Below, in pieces: positions 1-11,400 of a stretch of DNA of 64,000 bases. The number at the start of each line of letters is the position of its first letter. The stretch's first letter is position 1. Location of the stretch: the NCBI RefSeq assembly GCF_009834535.1, contig NC_045697.1:48114001-48178000 (forward strand), in the 5' to 3' direction. A model generated the notes under the pieces. That model did no database searches. It was not told the origin of the DNA and worked only from the letters and a program-made list of their open reading frames with translations. Origin of the DNA: Camelus ferus (Eukaryota). The position numbers and the translations under genes were made by a program.

Positions 1-69
1 TATTTAGTAGGAAGTGTACTAATGTCTTTAAATTACTTTGAAATCCCTCCAAAAAAATAAAAAGACCCT

Positions 70-740
70 TCATGAAAAAGACGTACAAAGACCATTAGTC
101 ATGTAAAAAAAAAGAGCTCAATATAATTTGTCATCAGTGAAATGCAAGTTAGAACCACATTGGGATACCATTTTATACTCCCTAGAATGCTAAATTAAGA
201 CTGACAAAGCCAAGTGCTGGTGAGGATGTGAAGCAACGGAAACTCTTCAACACTGCTGGTGGAAATGTAAATGGTACAACACTGAAAAGCAATTATTTCT
301 AAAATTAAATATACATGAACTATATGACCTAGAAATTCCACTCTTAGGTTTCTGTTAAACCAGAGGAAGTGAAAACTATGTCCACAAAAAAGATTTGCAT
401 ATAAATGTTCATAGCAGTGTTACTCCTAATAGTTAAGAACTAGAAACACATGTCGATCTACAGGTGAAGAGACAAACAAATTGTGATTTATAATCCAATT
501 AAATACTATTCAACATTAAAAAAGGAAATAAACTATTAATCTGTGCCAAAATATGGAAGAATCTTAAAACTATTGTGTTAGTAATGTTAAATTTCCAAGG
601 ACTTGGGGTTTTTTGACAGTATAAAATTTCCCATTTATTCACAATTTATACATGTATCAAATCATTATGTTGTACACCTGAAATTAATATAATGTTATAT
701 GTTAATTATATATCAATAAAAATAATTAATTTTTTAAAAA
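70..740 (+). mobile_element. Old L1 fragment (ORF2 3' end and 3' UTR) ending in an A-rich tail
   Basis: Typical L1 3' motifs 'gaaatgcaagttagaaccaca', 'gtgctggtgaggatgtgaagcaacggaactc' and 'tgttgtacacctgaaattaatataatgttatatgttaattatatatcaataaa'. Confidence 0.85.
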
Positions 741-1377
741 AGAACAGCAGGTTTTATGCAAATTGATAACAAAAAAAATTTCTCCATTTAAGAAAGATCT
801 AAACCTAGGTGGCTTTGTTTTATTGTCACACAGAATCCCACCCCTCAGGTCCCCTGCAAGCCCCCAGTCTTTGCTGAGCAGCAGGGAGTATGTTGGACAA
901 TCCCTCTAGAGGACCAGTGCCAAAGTGCTGGCTCCTACTTGGCCTCACTTCTGGTTCCCAGGTTTCAGGCAAGGGGTAGGTGAACTGGAGAAGTGGCTAA
1001 AAGCTGAGTAGGAGCCTCTCGCAGCTGGGAAGTACTGCTTAGGAATCTAAGAATAAGCCAAGCAGCCCGGCGCTTCCTCCCACCTGCTGGGGCTAGAGAT
1101 GGATCAAAGGTCAAAAAAGCCTTGAATCAGGCAATCAGGCCTGGCAAAGCAGGGAACCAGCAGGGCAGAAGCCTTAGTCCTCAAACTCAGGGCAGAACAT
1201 GCTTCTAACCCTAGATCCACACTCAGGACACAGCTCCCTCTAGAGGAAGACAAGTGGAGGGACAGGCCAGAGGAACCACATGGACGCCATGCGGTTTCCC
1301 TTTCTTCTACACCTGTCCAGGCTCCAAGGCCAGGGAAGGAGGTTAAGCATTCATGGATCTCCTGCAGGTGCCAAGGG

Positions 1378-1741
1378 CAGTTGGTCCATTAGCCAATTTT
1401 CAGATTCGCTTCAGCACCCTTGGGACCGGTCTGTAGTGGCATAGTTGTTGGTAGCGTCTTCCTGGCCAGGTATCAGCTGCTCAGGGTGGAAGAGCTGCCT
1501 ATACACGCCAGTTCTTACCCCGTCTATGACCGCTGGTCCAGGGCCACAAAGACAGCCCAGGAAGGTGCTTGCCAGCCCTTGTCTCGTTGAAGACGTGTTG
1601 GAGTTATTGAGTTATTGCTGCTCTCCAGCGCCTGGTCGCTGGGCATGGTGCCCTCGGACCGGATGCAGTGCTGCAGGCAGTAGAGCTCCCAGCAGGGGTT
1701 ACCCGTCTGTGCCCCAGCCTGGCCCACAGGCTGGAGATACG
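1378..1741 (-). pseudogene. Processed alpha-tubulin pseudogene fragment (about codons 4-128) with frameshifts, a deletion and a stop
   Basis: Minus-strand frames give [73 protein letters not shown] and VLKRI*KLA, matching the alpha-tubulin N-terminus ([30 protein letters not shown]...[27 protein letters not shown]). No intron at the usual codon-76 position. Parent paralog cannot be assigned. Confidence 0.92.
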
Positions 1742-2574
1742 CGTGGACTCTTCAAGTGGCCCCACCTCCCCTTCACCATGTTTGTTCCATCAGGTGAACT
1801 TTGTGGAGGGTAGTTAACTACAGACATTCTGTGACTCTCCAGCAACACCGCAGATCTCCTGAGTCCATGTATTTTTCTTAAACCTTTGATGTTATTGTAC
1901 AATAGTTTCGAAAAGGAAGTTGGTGCTATAAAAATACATTTTCATCCCATAGCATCTAACAGAAATTCCTCAAAGAATCCTACATGTGGACAGTGGTTCC
2001 AGAGTTGTTGCTGTGCTCCCCTAATTTTAAAATAGGCCCTCCATTCAATGGGAATCTCAAAGGGCAAGGGAGAGAAGAGTCTAGTTTCGTACTGCCTGGC
2101 ACTATATTGCTATTTTTTTCCCTCCAGAATTTCTCATTCTACATAGCAACACACTGCGACCTTAAAGGATTTAATCCAGATGTTTCAGGCACTCTCAGAA
2201 TAAAGCAGTGTGATAAGAATATTGAATTAAAGCTCAAGAAGTCAGACATTAACCATCATATTTTTCAAGAATGATTAATGACATGGGAAAATATTTATGA
2301 ATATAACATGAGAAAAGCAGCGCACAGTATAGTGTTTTAAGGCAAGTCATTCAAAACTCTCCAATTATATTTTTTCCCAGGAAAACATTGTTTATGAAAA
2401 TTTAAAGTTAATATAGAGGTATTGATCATCCTGTCTCTTTTACAATAGCCCCATGAGAAGTCCAGAAGAAAGAAAATTGCTCTAGAATTGTTTACTTAAT
2501 GGACACTCCAAATGTCTGGATCCAACCATAAATCTATCTATTCGTCCTTAGTGTCCCACCTTTTTTAAATAAGA

Positions 2575-2830
2575 AGGTGTAGAGACTCTAGACCCATACT
2601 GCCTGGATTTAAATACTGGCTTAACTGTTTACTCACTGGAAATCCTTTGCAAATTGTTTATACTCTTAACTTTAAATTATTTAAGCTTAAATCCTGAGAT
2701 TACTCTTGTGTAAAAAAGGGGTGATACTAGTACTTTCCTCAAAGGGTTGTTGTCAGAATCAAATGAGTGTATGCAAAACACTTAGGATAGCGAGTGGCAC
2801 ATAATAAACTTTGAGTAAATGTTCACTTTT
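2575..2830 (+). mobile_element. MIR SINE remnant
   Basis: 'ctgcctggatttaaatactggct...aagggttgttgtcagaatcaaatgag...gtggcacataataaac' resembles the MIR core and 3' end. Confidence 0.7.
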
Positions 2831-2869
2831 AAAATAATGATAACTCCTCATTCATGCATCTTTATGAAG

Positions 2870-4020
2870 CTCTAGCCCAGCAGCTTCTAAAATGGGTCCC
2901 AATGATCCCTGCCTCTTTTCATTCATGCTTATGTATAATCTCCTTCCTTTTGGTGAGAGTTGGACCTAGAGGCTTGCTTATGTTTTGGAACCAGATTCCG
3001 TTTGTCCAATGCACAGCAAGTTAAGACATTGAGACACTGAGGTTTACAGCAAAGAGAGGGTGTATTCACAATGTAGCCAAGCAAGGAGATGGGACAACAC
3101 GTCCCAGATCTGCCTCCCTGAAGGCAAGAGGCTCTGGGTATTCACGGGACAGCGAATAGAGAAGCAGGACGTCCTGAGGTGTGGGGAGTTCAGGGAAAGG
3201 CAACTGGAAAAAGGTGCGGTCACCACTGTTTTGCACAGGCGTAGTTGCAGGCCTCGGCACGTTCAAAAGTGGCAGCACTTAGCATGATCTGAGGGGGAGT
3301 TTTTAGCCCTCTCGTGTCAAAAGATCGCTAAGCAAACACTCACCCATGCCCACTTGGAGGATAGGGGGTCCTATTCAGTCTTAACCAGCTCAGCTTGAAC
3401 GAGACACAGCTGACTGCAAGTTCCTGGAAAACAAAGCAGGCAAACATCAGATTGTTTGGGCTCCGTGCTGCCTGGAGGACATGCAAGTCTTAAAACGACC
3501 TTGAATAATGAAGGCAGGTGAAATGGATTTGAGTAATGACCCACAATTTCACTTACAATTAATAAAATGTGGGAGAAGTGATGAAATGACACTTCTGAGA
3601 TAAGGTCATACAAGACAATGACTTCTGCCTGGCTTTCACTCTCTGACTCTTTTCACTTGATCGTTCTGATAAAGCAAACGGCTGTATGGTGAGCAGCCCT
3701 ATGGAGAAACCCATGTGGCAAGAAACTGAGTGTCCTCTGGCCAACGGCCAGTGAGACAGTGAAGCCCTCGGCGCAACAGCCTGCCAGGTGCTGCATCCTG
3801 CCAGCAGCCATGGGAGTGAGCTGAGAAGAGGGCTCTTCCCTCTTCGAGTCTTGAGATGACTGCAGCCCTTCTGACACCTTAACTGGAGCCTTGTGAGAGA
3901 CGCTGAGCCAGACGACTCGGGTAAGCTGCACCTACATTCCTGACCCAGGAAGCCAATTTGTTATTTAATCCACTAAGTTTGGGATAATTCATTATGCAGT
4001 GTTACATGACCATTACATAC
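2870..4020 (+). mobile_element. MaLR (MLT1-like) LTR, split by an LTR insertion at 2981-3551
   Basis: MLT1 motifs 'ccatgtggcaagaaactgag', 'gagtcttgagatgactgcagccc' and 'ccactaagttt gggataattcattatgcag'; the sequence resumes after the insertion. Confidence 0.8.
2981..3551 (-). mobile_element. Solo ERV LTR (ERV1-like) with 4-bp TSD
   Basis: Starts TG at 2981, ends CA at 3551, flanked by CTTA at 2977-2980 and 3552-3555. Strand is tentative. Confidence 0.75.
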
Positions 4021-5475
4021 CTTGGTACGAGAAGAGGGGTGCCTTTATAACAACTACTTAGAAACTTCAGAGCTGCTTGGGGAGCAGGCAGTGGGAGGAG
4101 GCTGGAAGGACCTTGAGAAACATAATAAAGGAAGCCTAAGTCTCTTCGAACAACCTGGCAGTGGAAATTCGGACGGTGCCTGGGAGGACTCAAAAGGAAG
4201 TGAGAGATGTGTTACTGGAAACCAGAGGAAGGGGAATCCTTGTTATGTACTGGCAGGAATCTTAGCACTACTGTCATCTGAAATTGTGTGGAAAGCAGAA
4301 AAAGTGTGGAGTAAATTCAGTAATCCAGCTAAAGAGATGTCCAAGCGTGTTGGTACTGCCTAGTTTCTTCTTGCTTGTAATGAACTGCAACAGGAGACAG
4401 AGAACTTGAGGGAAGGACCATTAAACAGAAAGGAGCCAGAACTTGAAGGTTTTGAAAAATCTCCTCCTCAGAGAACAAATAAATGCTAAAGTTAGGAAAT
4501 GACTTCTTAGTACTGTCAGGAACATGTGGTCTAGAGATAAAGCCACGGAAGTGACTGTACAACATTTTGTTCAGACCTCAGAGAGATCAAAGGACCAAGT
4601 TATCATCCAGTCCACAAAAGGGCCCTTTCAAGAGCTTAAGGACACATCTTTCAGATCTTCTCTAACAATGGGGCCCATGGGAAGCTTAGAGTGTGGTCTC
4701 TTGTTCTTCTCAGCAGGAGCACAGTGTAGAGAAGAGCTGATCTAGAAGAGATTTATAGGTGTGTCATTTGTCTAATGGTGTGAGCCCCAAGGAATTGCAC
4801 AGAAGCCCCAAAAAATATTTGAGAAAACTATATAAACAGAAACATTGCTGGCTTGGACTGAAAAAACAGATAGGGGCAGTGGGGTTGTAGCTCAGTGGTA
4901 GACTACGTGCTTAGCATGCACAAAGTCCTGGGTTCAATCCCCAGTGCCTTCATAAAACCAACAAACAAAAACAAACAAAAAACAAACTTACTAAGTGAAA
5001 GGGACAGACAGGACAAAATGGAAAGAAGCCACTGGGTCTCCAAAATTCTACTGGCAGGAAGCAGGCTAAGAAAATTACTCAGCCACAAACAAGTGCTACC
5101 TTTCACGAAAAAGTAAGGATGACTCAGGATGGAACAACAGCCTAGAGAGTGGAGCCAGGAGCCATGGAGAATTATTCCTAGGCTTTGAAAGCAAAGGGAG
5201 GAACTTGCAACATTCCCTCTGTTGGATTTCAGAATTGCTATGGGCAGTGACTCCTTTGTGCATCGTATTTCCCTGGTTTTTGAGCAGGAGTAATTGCCCT
5301 GTGCCTGCACAGCTATTGTATTGGGCGTATGTAAGGTGGATAACTATTTGTTTAGTTTCACAGATCTATAGATTGAGAGGAACTGCACTCAAGAGAGCTG
5401 TCTTTAAGGAGATACCCCCAAGGACACTCATCCATACCTGGACAGTATTTAGATGAGAAGATAATGGATTTTGAC
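4021..5475 (+). mobile_element. MaLR internal region (MLT1-int-like)
   Basis: Follows the LTR with 'ttggtac' and contains typical MLT-int text such as 'gggaggaggctggaaggaccttgagaaacat' and 'ggaaaccagaggaaggggaatccttgttatgtactggcag'. Confidence 0.75.
4873..4987 (+). mobile_element. tRNA-Ala(AGC)-derived SINE (Vic-1-like, camelid)
   Basis: 'ggggttgtagctcagtggtagactacgtgcttagcatgcacaaagtcctgggttcaatccccagtgcc' has Pol III A and B boxes and matches tRNA-Ala-AGC with mismatches, followed by an (AAAC)n A-rich tail. Inserted in the MLT internal region. Confidence 0.8.
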
Positions 5476-8400
5476 ACTCATACTCTCTGCCCAGCTAGGT
5501 GTTCTCTTTCATATTCTCATTTACTTAAGCATTTATTGAGTGCCTACTGTTTACCAGTCACTGAGTTACATGTAGGGTATTCAAAGTTAAATAAGACATG
5601 GTTCCTTACTTTAATTCTGGTGGGAAAGACAGAAGTAAATCCAGGACATCACTATGGAGAAGTAAGTACCACATAGTGATATACCCAGCATGCAGTGGGA
5701 GCATCTAAATCATGGAAGCCAGAGAAGAAGTCTGGATGAGGAGATACCTGAGACAAGTCCTGCAGGACAAGGAGAGGGGATTTGAGTTGAACTGTATGAA
5801 ATTAACATTCTTGTAGTTCAGAAATGGCTGCTTATTGGTAATTTAATACGGTCCAACCTGATACGTAGGTGAGGGGTATTCTAAGCAGAGGGCTTCCAGT
5901 TGAAAATGATAAAGGTTTATCAACAACTGGGCTTTTTCTCCCAGAACAAGTTCGTAGTTCCCGCTTTTGTCCACTGTGGAAGGTACTGGTTTGGTGGCCT
6001 GAGATATTTCCTCCAGACTTCAGAGCAGACATTGAGCGAAATGGCTGAGACCCATGTGGGAGTGAATCAGGGTGAGTCTGTCCACCTATACTATCACGGC
6101 TTTGATGTTGACAGGAGACAGCTGGGTGCTGTCTGTACACAAGCAGCACATTTGTTCTGAGAGGGAGAGCAGTTCTAAGGAAAAGCAGCTGTCATAGGGG
6201 AGCTGATGAATAGGCCATTCCCCCAAACCCACCATGTTATTTCATGCCACAGTCATCAGCCAGCTCCCCATAATTCCATCCTTAGCATGGCTGCAGAGAA
6301 GCTGAAGGTGGATGAAATGCTGATCATTGAGTTTCACCAGTTATTTGGAATATGAATCACAAATGGATTTGCACTAATGATATTTTTAGAGTGGCTTTGT
6401 ATAATTTTCATCGAATATTTTGTATATTGACTTTTCACCCTGTTAAGCTTGGTTTGACTTAAGAAAAATGTAGTGAGCATACTGGTTTTTCTCTTTTTGG
6501 CATGGTAGTAGTTAAATAAATAAAAGAAAATGGATGGGTTCATGAAAAAAAAGGTGAGCAAAAAATACAGGGAGAAAGAGGACATGTGTATAACAAAAGG
6601 GAACCATGTTAACAAAAGTATTTAGAACCACTGACCGAGGGGAGAAAAAGGTATAGCTGGCTTGGTTCTCTGGGGAGGAGCGATTCCCTGTGTCCTAGGG
6701 CCAAACCCATAGATTTCAAGGCTGAACAAGTTTCCTCTTTTTCTCACCCCACCTCTTTTTTTAAGTTTCAATGTTATCCGGCTAATGTGTTCAATTTCAA
6801 TATTGTGGTAGGAATGTCTGAAGAACTGTCAACATTTGATTTGGCTCCAGCATCTTGGCCACCATCCAACCTAGAAATGGAGGGTCCTGGTTCTGCATGG
6901 CACAGGGCTTATGCCTCCCTGGAAGTCACAGAGCAAGAGGAGCCTGACTCGGGGGGGTGGGGGGCGGGGGAGCAGCCCGGCCTGTCCTGGGCCCTGGCAG
7001 ACGAGCACCAGCCCTCCTCCAGTGGTGGCACTCATTCTTCAGCAGGCCGAAGTCTTCAAATTTCACTAAAATGACATTAAAGATGTTATAAAAAGGCTAA
7101 AAACCCAAGAGCAAAGGTAGTGAGAGGAAAAAGAAGCTATATAACAATTGACAAGTGGTAATCAACTTAGTGGACCAGAGAAAGTGGAATCTTCTTTAAA
7201 AGTGAAGGAAACTCTGAAAAGGAATAACTCATTCCATAAAACCTCACGCAATAGATGTGGAAAAAGACTCACGTCAAGACATATCATCATACTTCTGAAC
7301 CCTGAGTCAAACAGGCCTGGCCTCAGCGGACCATCCTGACTTGTCCCCTTGCCGCCTACTCTCTGCCTCAGCTCAGCTCACTGGATGCAGCTTCTCAGCC
7401 TCTTGGCTAAAGGTGACCACTGGCCTGGATTCTCCCTCCCTGTTTCTTTCAGACTGTCTAGGCTGTATGCTGCTCAAACTGGGAACATCAGACTTTCTTG
7501 TTAATGTGTGACTGACTGTCCATCTCACTTAACATTTCCGTGTGGGACAACATAATTGTTCATTCTCTCTCTCTTTTAAAAGTGAACACTTTCGGGTCTT
7601 GAACTTCAAAAAGTCACATGGATATAGATATGATCAATAGTTTCCTTAAATACTTTCCTCCTAACTGCCTATTTAAAAGCAATATGAAAATGGTTGTTTG
7701 AAATATGACATAATTCTTCACATATTTATCCACTGTGCATATGTTATTCAGTGAAGATATGGCTTGATTTCCAAATAACAAAAAGTTCAGAAGATTATCA
7801 GGACAATTGAATACTGGGTGTCTGAGTTGATAAGTCACCTTTCTTTAGGTAGGAGATCTCATAGATACCTTCCTGTTTTACTGTGGTTAGTCTATTTCTT
7901 CAATCTAGTTAACAGAGCACCAAATGCTTTATCTGCACCACTCTTTCAGCCGAGTTGTTAAAACACTACTCCATGAGATCAGCATTATAGACGCCACTTA
8001 CACGTAAAGAAGCAGAGACTAACTTAGAGGGTTAAATCAAGGTTGAATAGCCCAAATGCAATGCTATGTACAGTCACCAAATCAGAGTCACATAATCTCT
8101 GAGGACAGCCAAAAATTTCTCTTGAATTTTTAAAAGGAAGAGCTTGGAGAAAGATCTTTCTATTCAGCTGAATTTGTAAATCTCTTGTATGGTCCTGGAT
8201 TGAATCATGCCTGCTCTGCCACTTCTAAAGACACCTTGTGAACGAAGGTAAGCGTGGACTCAGGATCAGCCCTGCATAAGTAAAATCAGTGCTCACTGGC
8301 TTCAAAGACCCGAAACAGGTAGGATGTCTCAATGGGAACCAGAAGGAAGCGATTCGTTAGGAACAATGTTACCCTCAGGACAATAGCTCCAAATATTAAA

Positions 8401-11400
8401 ATGGAAAAATTGGCAAGAGTGAAATACAACTGATATTTTAGTAATGACAGTTAAAATATTTGTTCTTTCTCTAATTTCCAACCTAAGAACCCTTACTAAG
8501 CATTAAAAGCAATGTGAGTGGCATATATATATAATATATTTATATGTTATATATTTATATATTATATTTGTATTTATATATTACATATGTGGAAATATAT
8601 ATATCCACAAGAACATGCTTAAATTATGTTAGAAATCCGTAAATGTCTAAAGAAATTAGAAAATAGAAGCAAATAAATATGTACTAATTGTGATAGGTGC
8701 TATGAAGGAAATGAGCAGGGAGGGACAAGGCCTATTTGACGGCTCTGCAATGCACGGTGACGCAGGGGACTTGCTCTTCTCTGTTACAAGCATTTCTACT
8801 TTCTGGGCTCCATCTCTTCACAACACAGTTTTATGTCTCCATGCCTTTGCCCAAGTTCTTTCCTCTACTTGAAATGTCATTTTCTCTTATATTCGCAAGT
8901 ATGAACACTACTGGGACTTCAGAGCCCAGTAGATTTCCCTTGTCCTCGCACTGAGAGTCAAGCTCCCCACTCTCTCTCAGTCCTGCTGGCACAGCTCTTG
9001 TTATGTTTTGCCTGATATTATAGTTACTCTCAGTGAGCTGATGTGCAGTTTAAGAGTAGGGATTGGGTCTTCCTAATCTGCATTTCCCGTACAGTTCCAT
9101 AAGGAGGAGGTGAGTAATGCTTGGCTGGGATCTCCAAGGCCATCAAGTTCAGATGAGGAAACTATGAGTTATAAACTGTGAGTATGATTTGCTCTGTCTC
9201 CCAATTGCCCATGGACATGCCCTCAGCTACCTCAAATAGGTGAGTCAGATTTGCAGCTGATGCTTGAATGGGGAAAGAGGGCAGAAAAGGTGTGCTGGGT
9301 GCCTTCAAACTCTTGGATGTAATACCTCAAAATTTTGGAAGAAACAGAGATGCTGAAATTTGGCAAAAGAAGTAGGGAAAGTTTAGCTAAGGCTGCTTAG
9401 GCTGGCCTACGCAAAAAGTGTCAATCAACTGTTTTTTAAAACCACACAATCCCATTATAACAAATCGCCCAACTTTCAGTCCTGGCCCCTGTGGTTCCAA
9501 GAAACACCTAGAAAAGACATGATTCATCATTGTACTTCTGCAGTTTTAGAAATACTCCATTTCCCAACACTATCATCAACTGAACTCGGGAAAAAAGATT
9601 CTGAAGCTAAGTCATTGCACTGAGAAAAGTATGAATGAAGGGGAAATTCTGGACCAATATTAATTATGTGAAAGGTAGAATCTAAGACATGCATTAAAAA
9701 CAAGCTACCTGTAATGCAAATCAGATCCCGGGGCTCACAATGCCTGTCTCTTGTGAGGGATAACAGACACGTGTTGTTTGCACAGCATCTCTCTCTGGGG
9801 AGCCACCTTGAGCACATACTTCTTAATCACCACTTCAGAGCCTCTTGCCCTCAGCTGTCTCTGGTGCTGGTTCTGCGTGGGTCCTACTGACTTCACATGG
9901 GAGCAAACTGCTAGCCTCCGCTTCCTGCTAGCACCACACACCTCTTGCCTTCTACCCTTCACACGGCACAAATAAAACTGCCTGTCATAAACAAGTTTTA
10001 TTACTCATTACTGAGAGCGCTGGCTGTACTGGCTGACACAAGGGAGGAGATGTGGAGTGTCAGATCCATTAAATGTCTGTTACCTTAATCCTCTCCCAAA
10101 TCTGAGCAGTGGACACTATTCATTCCACCTTCCAGATGAAGAAACTGAGTGTCGACAAAGGTGAGTGATTGGGCCAGAGTCCCATGGTCTTAAACGACAG
10201 AACTAGAATTTGAACCTGGTTTGTCTACCTCTTAACACATTATTATCTCCGGGTAGCTTGTTACCTCTCAAATAGTGATGTGACTGAAATTGAATGCATG
10301 GGTTCTTTTTGATTAGAATAAAACATTTATCCAGTTTAATAAAATTCAACTTTAAGCAGCTGATAGAGTGACCCAGTAGAAGCAAAAAATAACTGTGTAA
10401 TAGGAGCAAAAGTAGAGAAGTGAGAGGCAGAGTGAGAGGCAGGAAATGTGAGTTTCAACCCTGTTTCTGACCCTCATTAGCTATAGAGCCTCAGGTGAGT
10501 CTCTTAAAGTCCTAGACTTCAGACCAGAGACCTTGGATTGTATTTTGTTTAGTCTGCTGGCTTGCCCGTTAGGCAACTGGTACCCCAAGAGTTTCAGCTG
10601 AAGCTTAGCTAGCATTGTGGCAAAGGTGGGTGGTGTCACTTGGAAATATTAGTACACAAGGTGTTTAATTTTAAGAGACAAAGTTTGTGCCCTCAGACCT
10701 TCTGCAACCACACTCTAGTCTTTCCCCCCTTAACCTCCTACTCTTGAACTTAGTCAGTTGTGCAATTCTGTGCCCTCAGGGAATTTTTTTCTGATTCCAT
10801 CTGATAAGTACTAATTCAGACTTCCCTTCCATGCTTTCATTCCCCAAAGCGAGTTATACTGAATATGACTCTTTCAGTTATGTTAACAAGAAGCAGAGTA
10901 GCAAACACGTATGCAGTTTCACTGTGTGCCACACAATCTGTGAACATATTTATAATGTGGTATGTATTACACTACATGGAGACTTATATTATTACAATTA
11001 TGTAATACATATTCATGCTTTCAATGCTATTACTACATTTCATAGGAGACCAAAGTATAGAGACGTGAGAGGATTACTTCAGACGGTGCAGCTGGCAAGT
11101 AGTTAGAGGGCTAGGATCTTCCTTTTGAAGATGTGTGCCAAAGGTATTCTGTGGGGCTTAGCTTTTTTGAGACCTTATTTATAATCTCTGAAATGCGCTG
11201 CACACAAAATGTTTTGCTTTCTCTGCTTTGTGGTAATGGGTACACTCACTGTAGTGGCTGAAATATATAATTCATTTTGTATTGTCTCTAATGTTTATTT
11301 TTTGGATTAAGCTTTCTTGGAACTTCTCTCTTGCTGACTTTTGTAATCAGAAGGCAGCCAGTGGGCAAAATAATGATGGAGACACTTCAAAGACTTGATT

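Noticed and set aside
4881..4952. Functional tRNA-Ala gene
   Set aside because: Stem mismatches, an A-rich tail instead of a polyT terminator, and location within a MaLR internal region fit a SINE.
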